Below are positions 21,818 to 33,102 of a DNA stretch of 64,000 nt, in pieces (position 1 is the first letter of the stretch; every line of letters begins with the position of its first letter). A model generated the notes under the pieces. It worked only from the letters and a program-made list of their open reading frames with translations. It did not search any database and was not told the DNA's origin. The position numbers and the translations under genes were made by a program. Origin of the DNA: Myxococcota bacterium (GTDB taxonomy: Bacteria > Myxococcota_A > Polyangia > Nannocystales > Nannocystaceae); NCBI GenBank assembly GCA_039028615.1, contig JBCCHT010000001.1:512001-576000 (forward strand). The letters are read 5' to 3'.

Positions 21818-23776
21818 GTGAAGGCCGGATCCGAGATCGAGAACGCTTTGGACGACCTCTTCAACGATGAAGAGGGCAACGCGACGGGTCCCGGTGCGCC
21901 CACCGTGCCCAAGGTCGCGCCGCCCAAGATCGGAGCGCCGCGGGTGCGAGGGAAGGCGCCGGTCGTGCCCAAGGTTCCCGCGCCGCCCGTCAGTGGGACC
22001 AAAGCGCCGCGCATCGGTGCGCCCCCCGTGCCCAAGGCCAAGCCGATGGCTCGACCCACGGCGCCCAAGCTCGCGCCGCCGCCGACCGGGGCTGCACCCA
22101 AGGTCGGCCGCGCACCGAAGCCTGACGCTGCGCCGAAGCCCACGGTCACCCCGAAGCCGGCCGTGGCCGCGAAGCCGACCGCGCCCGCTCGCTCGATCGG
22201 AGAAGCCCTCGGGGCCCCGACCGTGGCGGCCCAACCGGCGAGTGCTCCTGCGCCCGAGGTTCAGGAGCCCGCCCCCGTCGCCGACCCGGCTCCTGCTTCG
22301 CCGATCCCGGAAGTCACCCCCGAGCTGGACTCGGCGCCGATCGACATCACTTCGCCCGCGGTCGCGCTCGACGTTTCGGAGCCCGAGCCCGAGCCCGCCC
22401 CGGCGCCGCTCGCCTCACCCGAGACCCCGGTCCCTCCACCGGATGCCGCGTGGGTGGCCGATCCGATGGTGCCTCCGCCACCGGAGTTCTCGCCTCGGGC
22501 GTCCTCGTCGGAGCTCCCGCTGGAGAACGAGATCAGTGGCGACGCCGACTCTGGAGCGCAGGAGGCCGCCGACATCGACATCGATCCCGACGAGTCGGGC
22601 GACTCGCTGTCCCTCGACTTTCGCGACGAGCCCCCCGCGGCGGTCGGTGACGACGACGAGTTCGACGTCGACCTCGAAGCCACGGGCAACAGCCCGATCG
22701 CGATCGAGACCGGGCCCGTCGCATTGGCCCGCCCCGCCGTAGAGGTCGTGCGAAAGCCGGTGCCGACGACCGGCCCCCGCCCTCCGGTCCCTCGCGGCCA
22801 GACGTCGGTGCCGTTCTCCCACCTTCCCTCCGCCGACCGCCGACCCAAGAAGGCGATGTGGATCGGCGCGTTGGCGGCTTCCGTCGTGCTCGTGGGCGCG
22901 ATGGTCTGGCTGGGAGGGGGCGACGACTCGAACAGCGACGCGACGCAGGTCGCCGCCAACGACAGTGCGCCGAAGACGAAGGCCGCTCCCGCTGCCGCGG
23001 TGGAGCCCGAACAGAAGGAGGCTCCGCCCCAGCCGGCGAGCGCGGAGGCGGAGCCGAGCGCAGCCGCTGCGGCCGTCCCCGCCGAGCCTGCGGAAGAAGA
23101 CCCCACCGAGACTGAGCTCTCGGAAGCGGACGCCGCCGAGGCCGAGGCCGCCGACGCGGGTGAACCCGCCGCGGCCGATGTCGCCGATCCCGAAGCGGCG
23201 GAGCCCGTCGCCGAGGAGGAACCTGCGGTCGAGGCCGAGCCCGAACCGGAGCCCGAACCCGAACCCGAACCGGAGCCTGAACCCGAGCCGGCACCGGCTC
23301 CGACCGCCTCGGGCACGTCCGCCGAGTACACGGCTGCCGCCGCCGAGTATCGACAGTCGAAGAGCCAGGAATCGCTGCTCGCGATGACCGTGGCCGCCTG
23401 CCGCATGGACGACGGCTACGCTGCCCGTGACGCCTTCCGCAAGCTCAAGGGACGCTCGCTGCGAACCTCGGCCATCGTCGACTGCCGCGCAGTGAACATC
23501 GACGTGCTGGCCCGCGTGGACGACTACACGGGCCCCGAGTACCTACGGAAGGCCCAGGCGGCGATGGACGCGGGGGACACCCAGGGCGCCCTGAACTACG
23601 CCCGCTCGAGCAATCGCGTCAAGCGCAGCAGCGCCGCGCTGGCCATGATGAGCCTGGCCGCCTGCAAGCTCGGTGACGCGGAGGAGGCCGAGCGCCTGTT
23701 CCCGCACGTGTCCAAGAAGGCCCGGCCCGCGCTCATCGACAGCTGTGCGAAGTTCGGCGTCGAGCTGGACGGCTGA
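21818..23776 (+). CDS. Pro/Ala/acidic low-complexity single-pass membrane protein with C-terminal helical-repeat domain
   Basis: PK/PA-rich N-terminus, one TM (WIGALAASVVLVGAMVWL), EP repeats and two 'AAC...A...F' helical units. Confidence 0.7.
   Translation: MKAGSEIENALDDLFNDEEGNATGPGAPTVPKVAPPKIGAPRVRGKAPVVPKVPAPPVSGTKAPRIGAPPVPKAKPMARPTAPKLAPPPTGAAPKVGRAPKPDAAPKPTVTPKPAVAAKPTAPARSIGEALGAPTVAAQPASAPAPEVQEPAPVADPAPASPIPEVTPELDSAPIDITSPAVALDVSEPEPEPAPAPLASPETPVPPPDAAWVADPMVPPPPEFSPRASSSELPLENEISGDADSGAQEAADIDIDPDESGDSLSLDFRDEPPAAVGDDDEFDVDLEATGNSPIAIETGPVALARPAVEVVRKPVPTTGPRPPVPRGQTSVPFSHLPSADRRPKKAMWIGALAASVVLVGAMVWLGGGDDSNSDATQVAANDSAPKTKAAPAAAVEPEQKEAPPQPASAEAEPSAAAAAVPAEPAEEDPTETELSEADAAEAEAADAGEPAAADVADPEAAEPVAEEEPAVEAEPEPEPEPEPEPEPEPEPAPAPTASGTSAEYTAAAAEYRQSKSQESLLAMTVAACRMDDGYAARDAFRKLKGRSLRTSAIVDCRAVNIDVLARVDDYTGPEYLRKAQAAMDAGDTQGALNYARSSNRVKRSSAALAMMSLAACKLGDAEEAERLFPHVSKKARPALIDSCAKFGVELDG
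23236..23290 (+). repeat. Degenerate 6-bp (Glu-Pro) coding repeat
   Basis: gagccc/gaaccg/gaaccc units encoding EPEPEPEPEPEP. Confidence 0.7.
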
Positions 23777-23825
23777 CGTCGGCTGAAGTCCCGATCACCG
23801 ATCGGTCGTACTATGCTCGCGCGCC

Positions 23826-25010
<1,185 letters not shown>

Positions 25011-25104
25011 GCGTTCCGCCGCGCTCGCGAGTACGTCGCTGGGGGCGCCGTGTGTGGGGGGAGCCCACCTTCCATGGCGCCGGGCAGCGATGTAACGATG
25101 AGCC

Positions 25105-26295
25105 GTGACTCGTCGAACGCTCCTCGTCGCATCCATGCTCGCGGCCCTGCCGATGACGGGTTGCCCCGCGAACGACCCCGCGCCGAGCCCCGCCGCCGAC
25201 ACCGGCTCGACCGACACGGGCACCACGCCCACGCCCGATCCGGTTCCCAGCGACGCGGCCGACTCCACCGGCCCCGTCGCCACGGACAGCAGCGAGAGCG
25301 GTGAGCCGCCGCCGGGGCTCGAGCCAGGCCCCGACGTCGTCATCCATGCCTTCGAGCAGGCTCACGTGTACTTCTCGGGCTGGGACGAAGGCCAGAACTT
25401 CCGCAGCATCGACACCGAGGTCGAGTTTCCCTCCGCCGACCTCGGCTACGAGAACATCGGCCTGTACATCACGCTGCGCTGCCCCGAGGGCGGCTGCGAC
25501 TTCTGGGACCGCTTCGCGACGCTCGGCGTGGTCGAGAATGCGGGCACCGACGACGAGCGTGTCATCGAGGTCAGCCGCTTCATCACCCCCTATCGCGTGG
25601 AGGGCAGCTGGGGCATCGACGTCTCGCGTTTGCGGCCGCTGCTCACGGGAACCCAGACGCTGCGCGTGCACATCGACACCTGGGTCGGCCCGGGGCACGC
25701 CCAAGGAGCGGGCTGGCTGGTGGACGCGCGCTTCGAGTTGTTCGGGGGCGTGCCCTCCCCGCGACCGGTCGAGGTCATCCCGGTCTGGAACCGCCGCGAC
25801 TTCGAGATCGGCTGCCCCTCCTGCGACGTGGCCGAGGCCCTGCCTCCCCAGACGATCGAGATCCGCGAGGATGCGGCCCGCGTCGACCTCGTCTCCGTCA
25901 TCACCGGTCACGGCCAGGGCAACCTCGACAACTGCGCCGAGTTCTGCTCGCTCGAGCACACGCTGAACGCGGGCGCCTCGACGCTCGCCCGCACCATCTG
26001 GCGCGATGACTGCGACCAGAACCCCATCAGCGGGCAGCAGGGCACCTGGACCTTGTCGCGCGCGGGATGGTGCCCCGGCGACGACGTGGACCCGTGGGTC
26101 GAGGACATCACCCCGGCCAAGGGCACCACCAGCATCGACGTCTCGTACGCCCTCGACGGCTACAGCAACACCTGCCACCCCGAGTCCCCCGTCTGCGAAG
26201 GCTGTGCCCTCGGCACGGGCTGCGATTTCGACGGCGGCAACCACACCGCGCCGCAGATCAAGATGTCGAGCCTCGCCGTGGTCTACATCGACTGA
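25105..26295 (+). CDS. Peptide-N-glycosidase F-like lipoprotein
   Basis: Lipobox MTGC; CDFWDR, RFITPY, ITGHG, CAEFC and RAGWCPG motifs of the PNGase F N/C domains. Confidence 0.8.
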   Translation: MTRRTLLVASMLAALPMTGCPANDPAPSPAADTGSTDTGTTPTPDPVPSDAADSTGPVATDSSESGEPPPGLEPGPDVVIHAFEQAHVYFSGWDEGQNFRSIDTEVEFPSADLGYENIGLYITLRCPEGGCDFWDRFATLGVVENAGTDDERVIEVSRFITPYRVEGSWGIDVSRLRPLLTGTQTLRVHIDTWVGPGHAQGAGWLVDARFELFGGVPSPRPVEVIPVWNRRDFEIGCPSCDVAEALPPQTIEIREDAARVDLVSVITGHGQGNLDNCAEFCSLEHTLNAGASTLARTIWRDDCDQNPISGQQGTWTLSRAGWCPGDDVDPWVEDITPAKGTTSIDVSYALDGYSNTCHPESPVCEGCALGTGCDFDGGNHTAPQIKMSSLAVVYID

Positions 26296-26418
26296 TCCGG
26301 ATCAGCGGGTGTCATCTCGGTCGGCTCGACTACGCCGGTCACGAACACCACCACAATCTTCGCTCCAATCGCCTCACGTCGTGATCGATTGCACGTCGGT
26401 CGTGACTGAGGCCTTCGG

Positions 26419-29013
26419 ATGCATGCACAACCGAGTCTCCTCCTCGCGCTCGCGGCCCTGGGGGTCACGAGCGCGGTGCCGCCAGGTTGCACCACCGAAC
26501 CGGTCTGTCCCGGGCGTGGCTGCGGCTTTCCCTATCAACCCGAGAGCCTGCCTCCGGTTCATCGGGAGTCGAGCTACGACACGCCGACCTCGCTGTACGC
26601 GACGCGTAGCCACGCTACGCCGCCCACCGCGATGACGGAGGCGGGCGGGTTCTTCATCGCCGATGGGCGCCTGTACGACGCCGACGGCGGGGAGTTCGTC
26701 ATTCGCGGGATCAACAACCCCCACGCCTGGTTCGACGACTACGACCGGGACTGGGCCTACGACGCCCTGGAGTCGATCGCGGGCTACGGCTTCAACACGG
26801 TGCGGATCGTCTGGGAGACCGACGAGAGCACCACGCAGCTGCAGCGGATCATCGAGCGCACCGTCGAGCTGCGCATGATCCCGATGATCGAGCTGCACGA
26901 CGTCACGGGGGACGAAAGCGGCACCCGGCTACGCGAGACCGCGTCATACTTCCTGCGCGACGGCGTGCTCGAGCTGCTTCAGGAGCACCGCCGCCACCTG
27001 CTGCTCAACGTCGCCAACGAGTGGAGCGGTGACGACTGGTACGACGAGTACGCGCAGACGGTGGACATGCTGCGCGACGGTGGCCTGGACCACACGCTGG
27101 TCATCGATGCGAACGGCTGGGGGCAGAACGCACAGGTCATCCTCGACGATGGCCAGGCGCTGCTCGACCACGACCCGGAGCACAACCTGCTGTTTTCCGT
27201 GCACATGTACGAGTCCTACGACGACGTCGAGACGATCACCGAGACGCTCGAGGCGGCCGTCGATGCCCAGCTACCGCTCATCGTGGGCGAGTTCGGCTGG
27301 CAGCACGGCCACCCGGTGGAGACCATCGATTTTCGTCGGATCATGGCCGACTGCGAGCGCCTCGGCCTGGGCTATGTGCCGTGGTCGTGGAAGGGCAACA
27401 ACGAGGTCGTCGAGTACCTCGACATGAGCCACGACTGGGGCGGCAACGACCTCACCGAGTGGGGCCGCGCCGTGATCTACGAGGCCAACGGGATCAACGC
27501 GACCTCGCACCTCGCCAGCGTGTTCGCCCCCGAGGGCGGGGAGGTGCCCGAGCCCGTCGAGCCCGTGTGCCCCAGCTTCTCCGAGGGGGTGGAGACCGGG
27601 GCACTGCAGACCGGTTCGGTCGTGGAGGCCTCGGGCCTGGCGGCGAGTCGCCAGAGTCCCGGCGTCCTGTGGACCCACAACGACTCCGGGGACGGCGCTC
27701 GGATCTTCGCCGTCGACACCGACGGTCGAAAGCCGGGCACCTTCGGCTTGGCGGGCGCGGACGCGATCGACTACGAGGACATTGCGATCGCGGGCACCGA
27801 CCTGTTCGTGGGAGACATCGGTGACAATGCCGAGTGGCGCGACGAGATTGCCGTGTATCGCGTCGCCGAGCCGTGGGTCGATCCCGCGGGCGAGGCGGTC
27901 AGCCTCGAGCTCGCCACCACCCGCCTGCGCCTGCGATATCCCGACCGGGCTCACAACGCGGAGACGCTGCTCGCCGACCCGGAGAGCGGGGACCTGTTCA
28001 TCGTGACGAAGGAAGGCTCGGGCAACTCGCGAGTCTTCCGGGCCCCTGCGCCCCACGACCCCGCCGAGGTCATCACCCTCGATCACGTCGCGACTCTGCC
28101 CTTCGCCAGCGCGATGCTCCCGGGGAACCGCTACGCTACGGGCGGCGACGTCTCCCCGAATGGCGACGGCGTGCTGCTGACCTCCTACGACCGCGCCTTC
28201 TATTGGCCACGGCCGCTGGGCGAGCCCCTGTGGCGGGCCTTCGACGTCGACCCCTGCCCCGTGCCGCGCCGCTACGAGCCCCAGGGCGAGGCCATCGCGT
28301 TCACGTCGGGCGGAGACGGCTACTACACGGTGAGCGAGGGTCAGTATGCCCCGCTGTACCTCCAGGGCGAGGACGGAGGCATCGCGCCTCCCGTCGATCC
28401 CGGGGCGGAGCCCGAGCCCGATCCGGGGGCCGAGCCCGATCCTCCTGCCGAGTGCGTCCCGCAGTGCGGAGCCCAGCAGTGTGGCGCCGATCCAGTCTGC
28501 GGACAAAGCTGCGGCGCCTGCAACGGAGAAGACCTCTGCGATGGCGTCGGCGCCTGCATCGGAGCCATCGACGGCGCCTTCATCCTCCGCAACGACTACC
28601 AGGACGACGAAATCGGCTCCTACGTACAGAGCGAGGCTGATGCCCTGCGTGTGCACCATCGGCAGTGGGGTCGCCAGTGGATGTGGGTCATCAACACGTC
28701 CACGCCCATCTCGGTGGTCGCGGGCGACCGCTACCGCGTGCGCTTCGAGTTCGCCGACGCGCCCGACCACCCGGTGCAGGGGCTGTCGGTCGGGCTCACC
28801 CGGGGCTGGACCAGCCACCACCCGCAGCTGCTCGACGACCCGGTCTGGGTGCCGTCTCCCGGCCTGGGCGGTGAGTTCGGCGCGCTCGAAGCCACGATCA
28901 CCGCATCGGAGAGCGGGCCAGTGAACCTCGCCATCGAACTGTACTGGGGCGAGAAACCGCCCTTCGAGATCGATGCTTGGCTCCGCGACATTCGTGTCAG
29001 CGCGGCGCCCTGA
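26419..29013 (+). CDS. Multidomain secreted GH5 glycoside hydrolase (mannanase-like) with beta-propeller, Cys-rich linker and putative CBM-like domain
   Basis: RGIN.PHAW, ELHD.TG, NVANEW (acid/base), SVHMY, IVGEFG (nucleophile) and WSW; then EASGLAAS...WTHNDSG propeller and a CVPQCG..CG..CG.C repeat. Confidence 0.85.
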   Translation: MHAQPSLLLALAALGVTSAVPPGCTTEPVCPGRGCGFPYQPESLPPVHRESSYDTPTSLYATRSHATPPTAMTEAGGFFIADGRLYDADGGEFVIRGINNPHAWFDDYDRDWAYDALESIAGYGFNTVRIVWETDESTTQLQRIIERTVELRMIPMIELHDVTGDESGTRLRETASYFLRDGVLELLQEHRRHLLLNVANEWSGDDWYDEYAQTVDMLRDGGLDHTLVIDANGWGQNAQVILDDGQALLDHDPEHNLLFSVHMYESYDDVETITETLEAAVDAQLPLIVGEFGWQHGHPVETIDFRRIMADCERLGLGYVPWSWKGNNEVVEYLDMSHDWGGNDLTEWGRAVIYEANGINATSHLASVFAPEGGEVPEPVEPVCPSFSEGVETGALQTGSVVEASGLAASRQSPGVLWTHNDSGDGARIFAVDTDGRKPGTFGLAGADAIDYEDIAIAGTDLFVGDIGDNAEWRDEIAVYRVAEPWVDPAGEAVSLELATTRLRLRYPDRAHNAETLLADPESGDLFIVTKEGSGNSRVFRAPAPHDPAEVITLDHVATLPFASAMLPGNRYATGGDVSPNGDGVLLTSYDRAFYWPRPLGEPLWRAFDVDPCPVPRRYEPQGEAIAFTSGGDGYYTVSEGQYAPLYLQGEDGGIAPPVDPGAEPEPDPGAEPDPPAECVPQCGAQQCGADPVCGQSCGACNGEDLCDGVGACIGAIDGAFILRNDYQDDEIGSYVQSEADALRVHHRQWGRQWMWVINTSTPISVVAGDRYRVRFEFADAPDHPVQGLSVGLTRGWTSHHPQLLDDPVWVPSPGLGGEFGALEATITASESGPVNLAIELYWGEKPPFEIDAWLRDIRVSAAP

Positions 29014-29023
29014 ACCCGAACTG

Positions 29024-29767
29024 CTACTTCCGCCCCACGGCCACCAGCGCTTCGGCGCCGGGGCCATAGGGGCGGCCGTCGAGGCCCCCGTAGAGCTTCA
29101 CGTCGCTGAGCCCCGCCCAGTTCATCAGCTCGCGCAGCTCCTTGCCCGAGTACAGCGTGTGCTCGAAGCCGAAGCGCTCGACCTCCTTGCCGCGAATGAG
29201 CAGCCACTCGCTCCGGGCCCGGCACCAGTCGTCGAGGATTTCCACCCGCTGAATGAGCAGCGAGCCGTCACGCTCCCGCGTGGGCTGGCGGTTCAAGGGT
29301 AGACGCTCGGCCAGCGCCTCCTTGCCCACCATGTGCAGCACCACGACGCCGTCGTCGTGAATGCTCTCGACCATGTTCTTGAGGGTCCGCATGTCGTCGG
29401 CCTGGACCGCGAAGTAGCCGAACGACGTGGCCAGGTTGACCACCACATCGAACGCCCCCGGATCCACGAACTCCCGCATGTCCTTGCGCACCCAGTCCAC
29501 CGCCGCCTTGGCGTCCTGCGCTCGCCCGCGGGCCTTGTCGAGCAGGTACTGGCTGAGATCCACGCCCGTCACCTGCATGCCGAGGCGAGCGAGGGGAATC
29601 GCGTGACGGCCCGGACCACAGCACAGGTCCAGCAAGCGCCCCGAGCTCACCCCCGCCAGCTCGAGCAGCTGCGCCGCCTCGTCGTGGGCCCCGTCGAAAC
29701 GATCGGGGGAGAACATCAAGGGGTACATCCGCTCCCACACGCCCTCGTCCTGCAACCAGTCCGCCAT
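29024..29767 (-). CDS. Class I SAM-dependent methyltransferase
   Basis: LLDLCCGPGRH, VTGVDLS, DMR and TSFGYF motifs. Confidence 0.9.
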   Translation of the reverse strand: MADWLQDEGVWERMYPLMFSPDRFDGAHDEAAQLLELAGVSSGRLLDLCCGPGRHAIPLARLGMQVTGVDLSQYLLDKARGRAQDAKAAVDWVRKDMREFVDPGAFDVVVNLATSFGYFAVQADDMRTLKNMVESIHDDGVVVLHMVGKEALAERLPLNRQPTRERDGSLLIQRVEILDDWCRARSEWLLIRGKEVERFGFEHTLYSGKELRELMNWAGLSDVKLYGGLDGRPYGPGAEALVAVGRK

Positions 29768-29900
29768 CGCAACCATCTTGCCACGGCCACCCCACCTTCG
29801 TGCGGACGGAAATTGGACTGGGGCCGTCGGGCGCGGTCCGGCTCAGAACGCCATATAGCGGCGTTGTGATGCACCAAGGAGAACAGACCGCGACCGGTCG

Positions 29901-31724
29901 TCAGCTGCCCAGGCGCAGGTGCTGGTTTCTCGGCACCTCCTCGAACTCCAGCACCGTGCCCGTCAGCGGCCACGTCAGCTCGACCCGGTGCAGCGGCGCA
30001 TCGCCGTCCTCGAAGCCGAAGTATGCCGCGGCCTCGGCCTGGCCCGAGTAGTGGCTGCCGACTCCGATCGTGCGCAGCTGAACGGGACCGCCCGCGGTCT
30101 CCTGCACGCGAACTTCGACCCCGATGCCCTGCGAGTTGCCGAAGCCTCCCGTGGTCGTGACCTCGAGCCACGAGCCGCCCTGCTGGTCGTTGCGGAACAG
30201 CCCCGGAGACTCGGTATTGGAGTGCACCAGCAGGTCGAGGTCGCCATCTCGATCGTAGTCGAAGGCCACCAGGCCCCGCCCCTGCCGCTGGTAGTCGACG
30301 CCCTGCTCCACCGCCAGCTCCGGCCACGGTCCCGCTCCGGTGTTGAACCAAAGCCGCACGGGGTCGTTGGCGTAGACGGTCGCCGGGAAGCCCGAAGCCA
30401 GGGCCAGGTCGAGGTCGCCGTCGAGGTCGAAGTCGAACATCGAAGCGCCCCAGCCCCAGCCGCCGTCGCGCACGTCGAGTTCGTCGGTGACGTCGGAGAA
30501 GACCAGGCCGCCTTCGTTGCGGAACATGCGATTGCCGGGGTCTTCGAGGCTCGGCGACATGATGGCGGAGACGAACCAGTCGAGGTCGCCATCGTCGTCG
30601 TAGTCGCCAAAGGTCGAGCCCATGCCGTTGCCCTCGGTGCCGATGCCCGCGGCGAGGGTTCGATCGACGAATCCACCCGCGCCGTCGTTCCACCACAACC
30701 TCGAGGCGCCGAAGTCTGCGACCAGGGTCAGCTCGGGGTATCGGTCACCATCGAGGTCGACGAACGCGGGCGCGAAGCCCCAGGCGCCCGGCGGGGCCCC
30801 GACTTGGGCGGAGACCGACCGCATGTCGATGCCCACCTGCTCGGTGACGTCCTCGAAGGTCCCCGGTCCGAGCAAGCCGCGGTTGCGCAGCAGTCGGTTG
30901 TAGTCGACGTCCCCGTCGAGGGCGATCGTGGACCGCCAGTCCCCCACGAACAGGTCGACGAAGCCGTCGAGGTCGTAGTCGCCCACCGCCACGCTCGTGC
31001 CCACCCGGATGAACCCGGACTCGAGGGCGACTCCACGCTCGACGCCTTCCTCCGAGAAGAACCCGGCGCCGTCGTTGACGTACAGGTAGTGGCGAGTGTC
31101 GCCCAGGGCGGTGAGCATGAGGTCGAGGTCACCATCGCCCTCGATGTCGACCCACGCGGCGCCCCCCGTCACGTGGGGGCGGCTCAGCCCGCGCGCCTCG
31201 GCCACGTCGACGAAGGTCCCGTCGCCCTGGTTGTGCAGCAGCCAGTCGGGCCCCTGCACCCGGGTCAGGAAGATGTCGGGCCAACCGTCGCCATCGAAGT
31301 CACCGATCGCCGCCGCCCCGAGAGCGCGCTCGGGCAGGCAGTAGTCGCCGAGATCGTCGGGGTGACTGCTGATGTTGTCGAGGACGCAAAAGGGTGGCGG
31401 CATGATCTCGCCTGGATCGAGATCGAGACCGGCCGCCTCCGTCACCTCGACGAAATTCGGCATCGGGGGCGGGGGCACCTTGCCGGATCCGAGGTCCGGC
31501 GGGAGCGGAGGCTCGGGCGAGTCGGTCGTCGAACCGCTGGTGGAGTCGACCGCACCGGAGCTACTGTCGGCGACGGGCTCGGAGACGGTGGTCCCGCCCT
31601 CCGACGCGCTGGACGGCAGTGCGCCCGAGGAACTCCCCTCGACCGACACTGGGCTGTCGGGGGATTGGCAAGCCGCGATCGAAATCGCCATGCCCACGCT
31701 CCCCCACCGTGCTCGCAATCCCAT
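29901..31724 (-). CDS. CRTAC1/ASPIC-UnbV FG-GAP repeat lipoprotein
   Basis: Multiple D.D.DG..D repeats and a C-terminal GIG..V...FG...V.LTWP UnbV domain. TACGAT box 9 nt before ATG 31724. Confidence 0.88.
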   Translation of the reverse strand: MGLRARWGSVGMAISIAACQSPDSPVSVEGSSSGALPSSASEGGTTVSEPVADSSSGAVDSTSGSTTDSPEPPLPPDLGSGKVPPPPMPNFVEVTEAAGLDLDPGEIMPPPFCVLDNISSHPDDLGDYCLPERALGAAAIGDFDGDGWPDIFLTRVQGPDWLLHNQGDGTFVDVAEARGLSRPHVTGGAAWVDIEGDGDLDLMLTALGDTRHYLYVNDGAGFFSEEGVERGVALESGFIRVGTSVAVGDYDLDGFVDLFVGDWRSTIALDGDVDYNRLLRNRGLLGPGTFEDVTEQVGIDMRSVSAQVGAPPGAWGFAPAFVDLDGDRYPELTLVADFGASRLWWNDGAGGFVDRTLAAGIGTEGNGMGSTFGDYDDDGDLDWFVSAIMSPSLEDPGNRMFRNEGGLVFSDVTDELDVRDGGWGWGASMFDFDLDGDLDLALASGFPATVYANDPVRLWFNTGAGPWPELAVEQGVDYQRQGRGLVAFDYDRDGDLDLLVHSNTESPGLFRNDQQGGSWLEVTTTGGFGNSQGIGVEVRVQETAGGPVQLRTIGVGSHYSGQAEAAAYFGFEDGDAPLHRVELTWPLTGTVLEFEEVPRNQHLRLGS

Positions 31725-31874
31725 CCCCGCCTCATCGTACGGGCAGGGACTGCCGCCCGCTACCACCGTTGTCGGCGATGCGGGCGCCTGATCGTCGATG
31801 CACGCACCGAGATGGCTCGGCCACGACACGGATGTCGTGATGTCGCCCGGGGGCGCAGCACCAGCACCCGTGAC

Positions 31875-32897
31875 CTAGGGTGCCGTGGGCTCGTAGTGAC
31901 CGTCGGGCAATACCGTCGGCAACGCATAGGCCCGGTCGGTCATGAGGCCGTGCATGGCCACATCGATCGTCTCGAACTGCTCGGGCGTGCACGCTTCCCA
32001 CTCGATGGCGATCTCGTTGCAACGACTGCCGAAGTCCTGCCCACCCAGCCAGCTCGTGAGCGCCCAGTAGAAGTACTCGGTGGCCATGCACTCGTAGTCG
32101 CAGGTCTGATCGTCGTAGTGGTACCAGGCCTCGCGCGGGTAGCTGGCGGGGACGGATTCGAAATGACCGCCGCGCGCCACGTCCATCGCCTCGGCCATGG
32201 CGCTGTCCCGCTCACCGAACACGTCGGGGTAGGTCTCCGACCAGCCGTAGTGCGTCACTAGGTGCAAGACCTCTTCGAGCGACGCATCGAAGTCGCCCTG
32301 CGCGGCTCCGTCGGGATGGGTCTCGGCGTCATAGAGATCCTGGAGGCCATAGCCCTGGTCGAACACCCCTTCGAGCTGACCGATGTTGGCCTCGAGCTCG
32401 GCCTCGGTCGCGAACATCACGATGGACGCCCGGTTGCCCTGGAGCGTGGCGAGCACGGCCGGATCGTCCACTTCACAGTTCTCGTCGTTGTCGAGGTACT
32501 GCCCCAGCACCCCGACCGCGTGCACGAGCTTGGCTTCACCCACGCTCGGGGTGGCGTAGATGTGCAGCCCCCACACGCTGGCGTCGCGATCGAAGACCGC
32601 ATCGAAGCCCGGCGGGGCGTCGTCCGGGAGCTCGGAGATGGTGATCGCCCCCGCGGCGCAGTCCTCCGCTCCCGTGGTGGCGCCCGTCTCGGCCGCGCCC
32701 GTCGTCGTGTCGGCCGCGGTGTCGTCCGAGTCACCGTCGGCGGCATCGCTGCCCTCTCCGTCCGAGGTCGAGCCAACGCCGCTCGTGGTCGGGCTCCCAT
32801 CGTCTCCGCCGGGGACCTCGCTCTCACCGCAGCCGAGCGCGAGGAGCAAGATCGCCGGCAAGCCAGCCCGCGAAAGAGACCGCATATCGAAGTTCAT
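31875..32897 (-). CDS. Lipoprotein with zincin-like EExxH motif (putative metallopeptidase-fold protein)
   Basis: Lipobox ALGC, acidic linker, EEVLHLVTH and C...C..TEYFYW. Confidence 0.6.
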   Translation of the reverse strand: MNFDMRSLSRAGLPAILLLALGCGESEVPGGDDGSPTTSGVGSTSDGEGSDAADGDSDDTAADTTTGAAETGATTGAEDCAAGAITISELPDDAPPGFDAVFDRDASVWGLHIYATPSVGEAKLVHAVGVLGQYLDNDENCEVDDPAVLATLQGNRASIVMFATEAELEANIGQLEGVFDQGYGLQDLYDAETHPDGAAQGDFDASLEEVLHLVTHYGWSETYPDVFGERDSAMAEAMDVARGGHFESVPASYPREAWYHYDDQTCDYECMATEYFYWALTSWLGGQDFGSRCNEIAIEWEACTPEQFETIDVAMHGLMTDRAYALPTVLPDGHYEPTAP

Positions 32898-33067
32898 GTA
32901 CGAACCCTAGGCCGCGACACCGGGTGCGGCCACGACGGGGCTGCGAACGGTGGGTCAGCGTCGATGAACGGTCCTCGTGCGCGACGATCGTCGCCGCCGG
33001 CATCGCCCCGCCAACTGCGTTCTGGCTCGAAACTGGCGAGTATCGCCGTTGCGGGCCGTTTTGACGA

Positions 33068-33096
33068 TTGACAAGGATCGCCGCTCCGCCGACGCT
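33068..33096 (+). promoter_or_regulatory. Putative sigma70-type promoter of the TOMM operon (possibly leaderless)
   Basis: Perfect TTGACA at 33068-33073, a 17-nt spacer, weak -10 GACGCT at 33091-33096, and GTG 6 nt further on. Confidence 0.4.
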
Positions 33097-33102
33097 TGGA
33101 AC

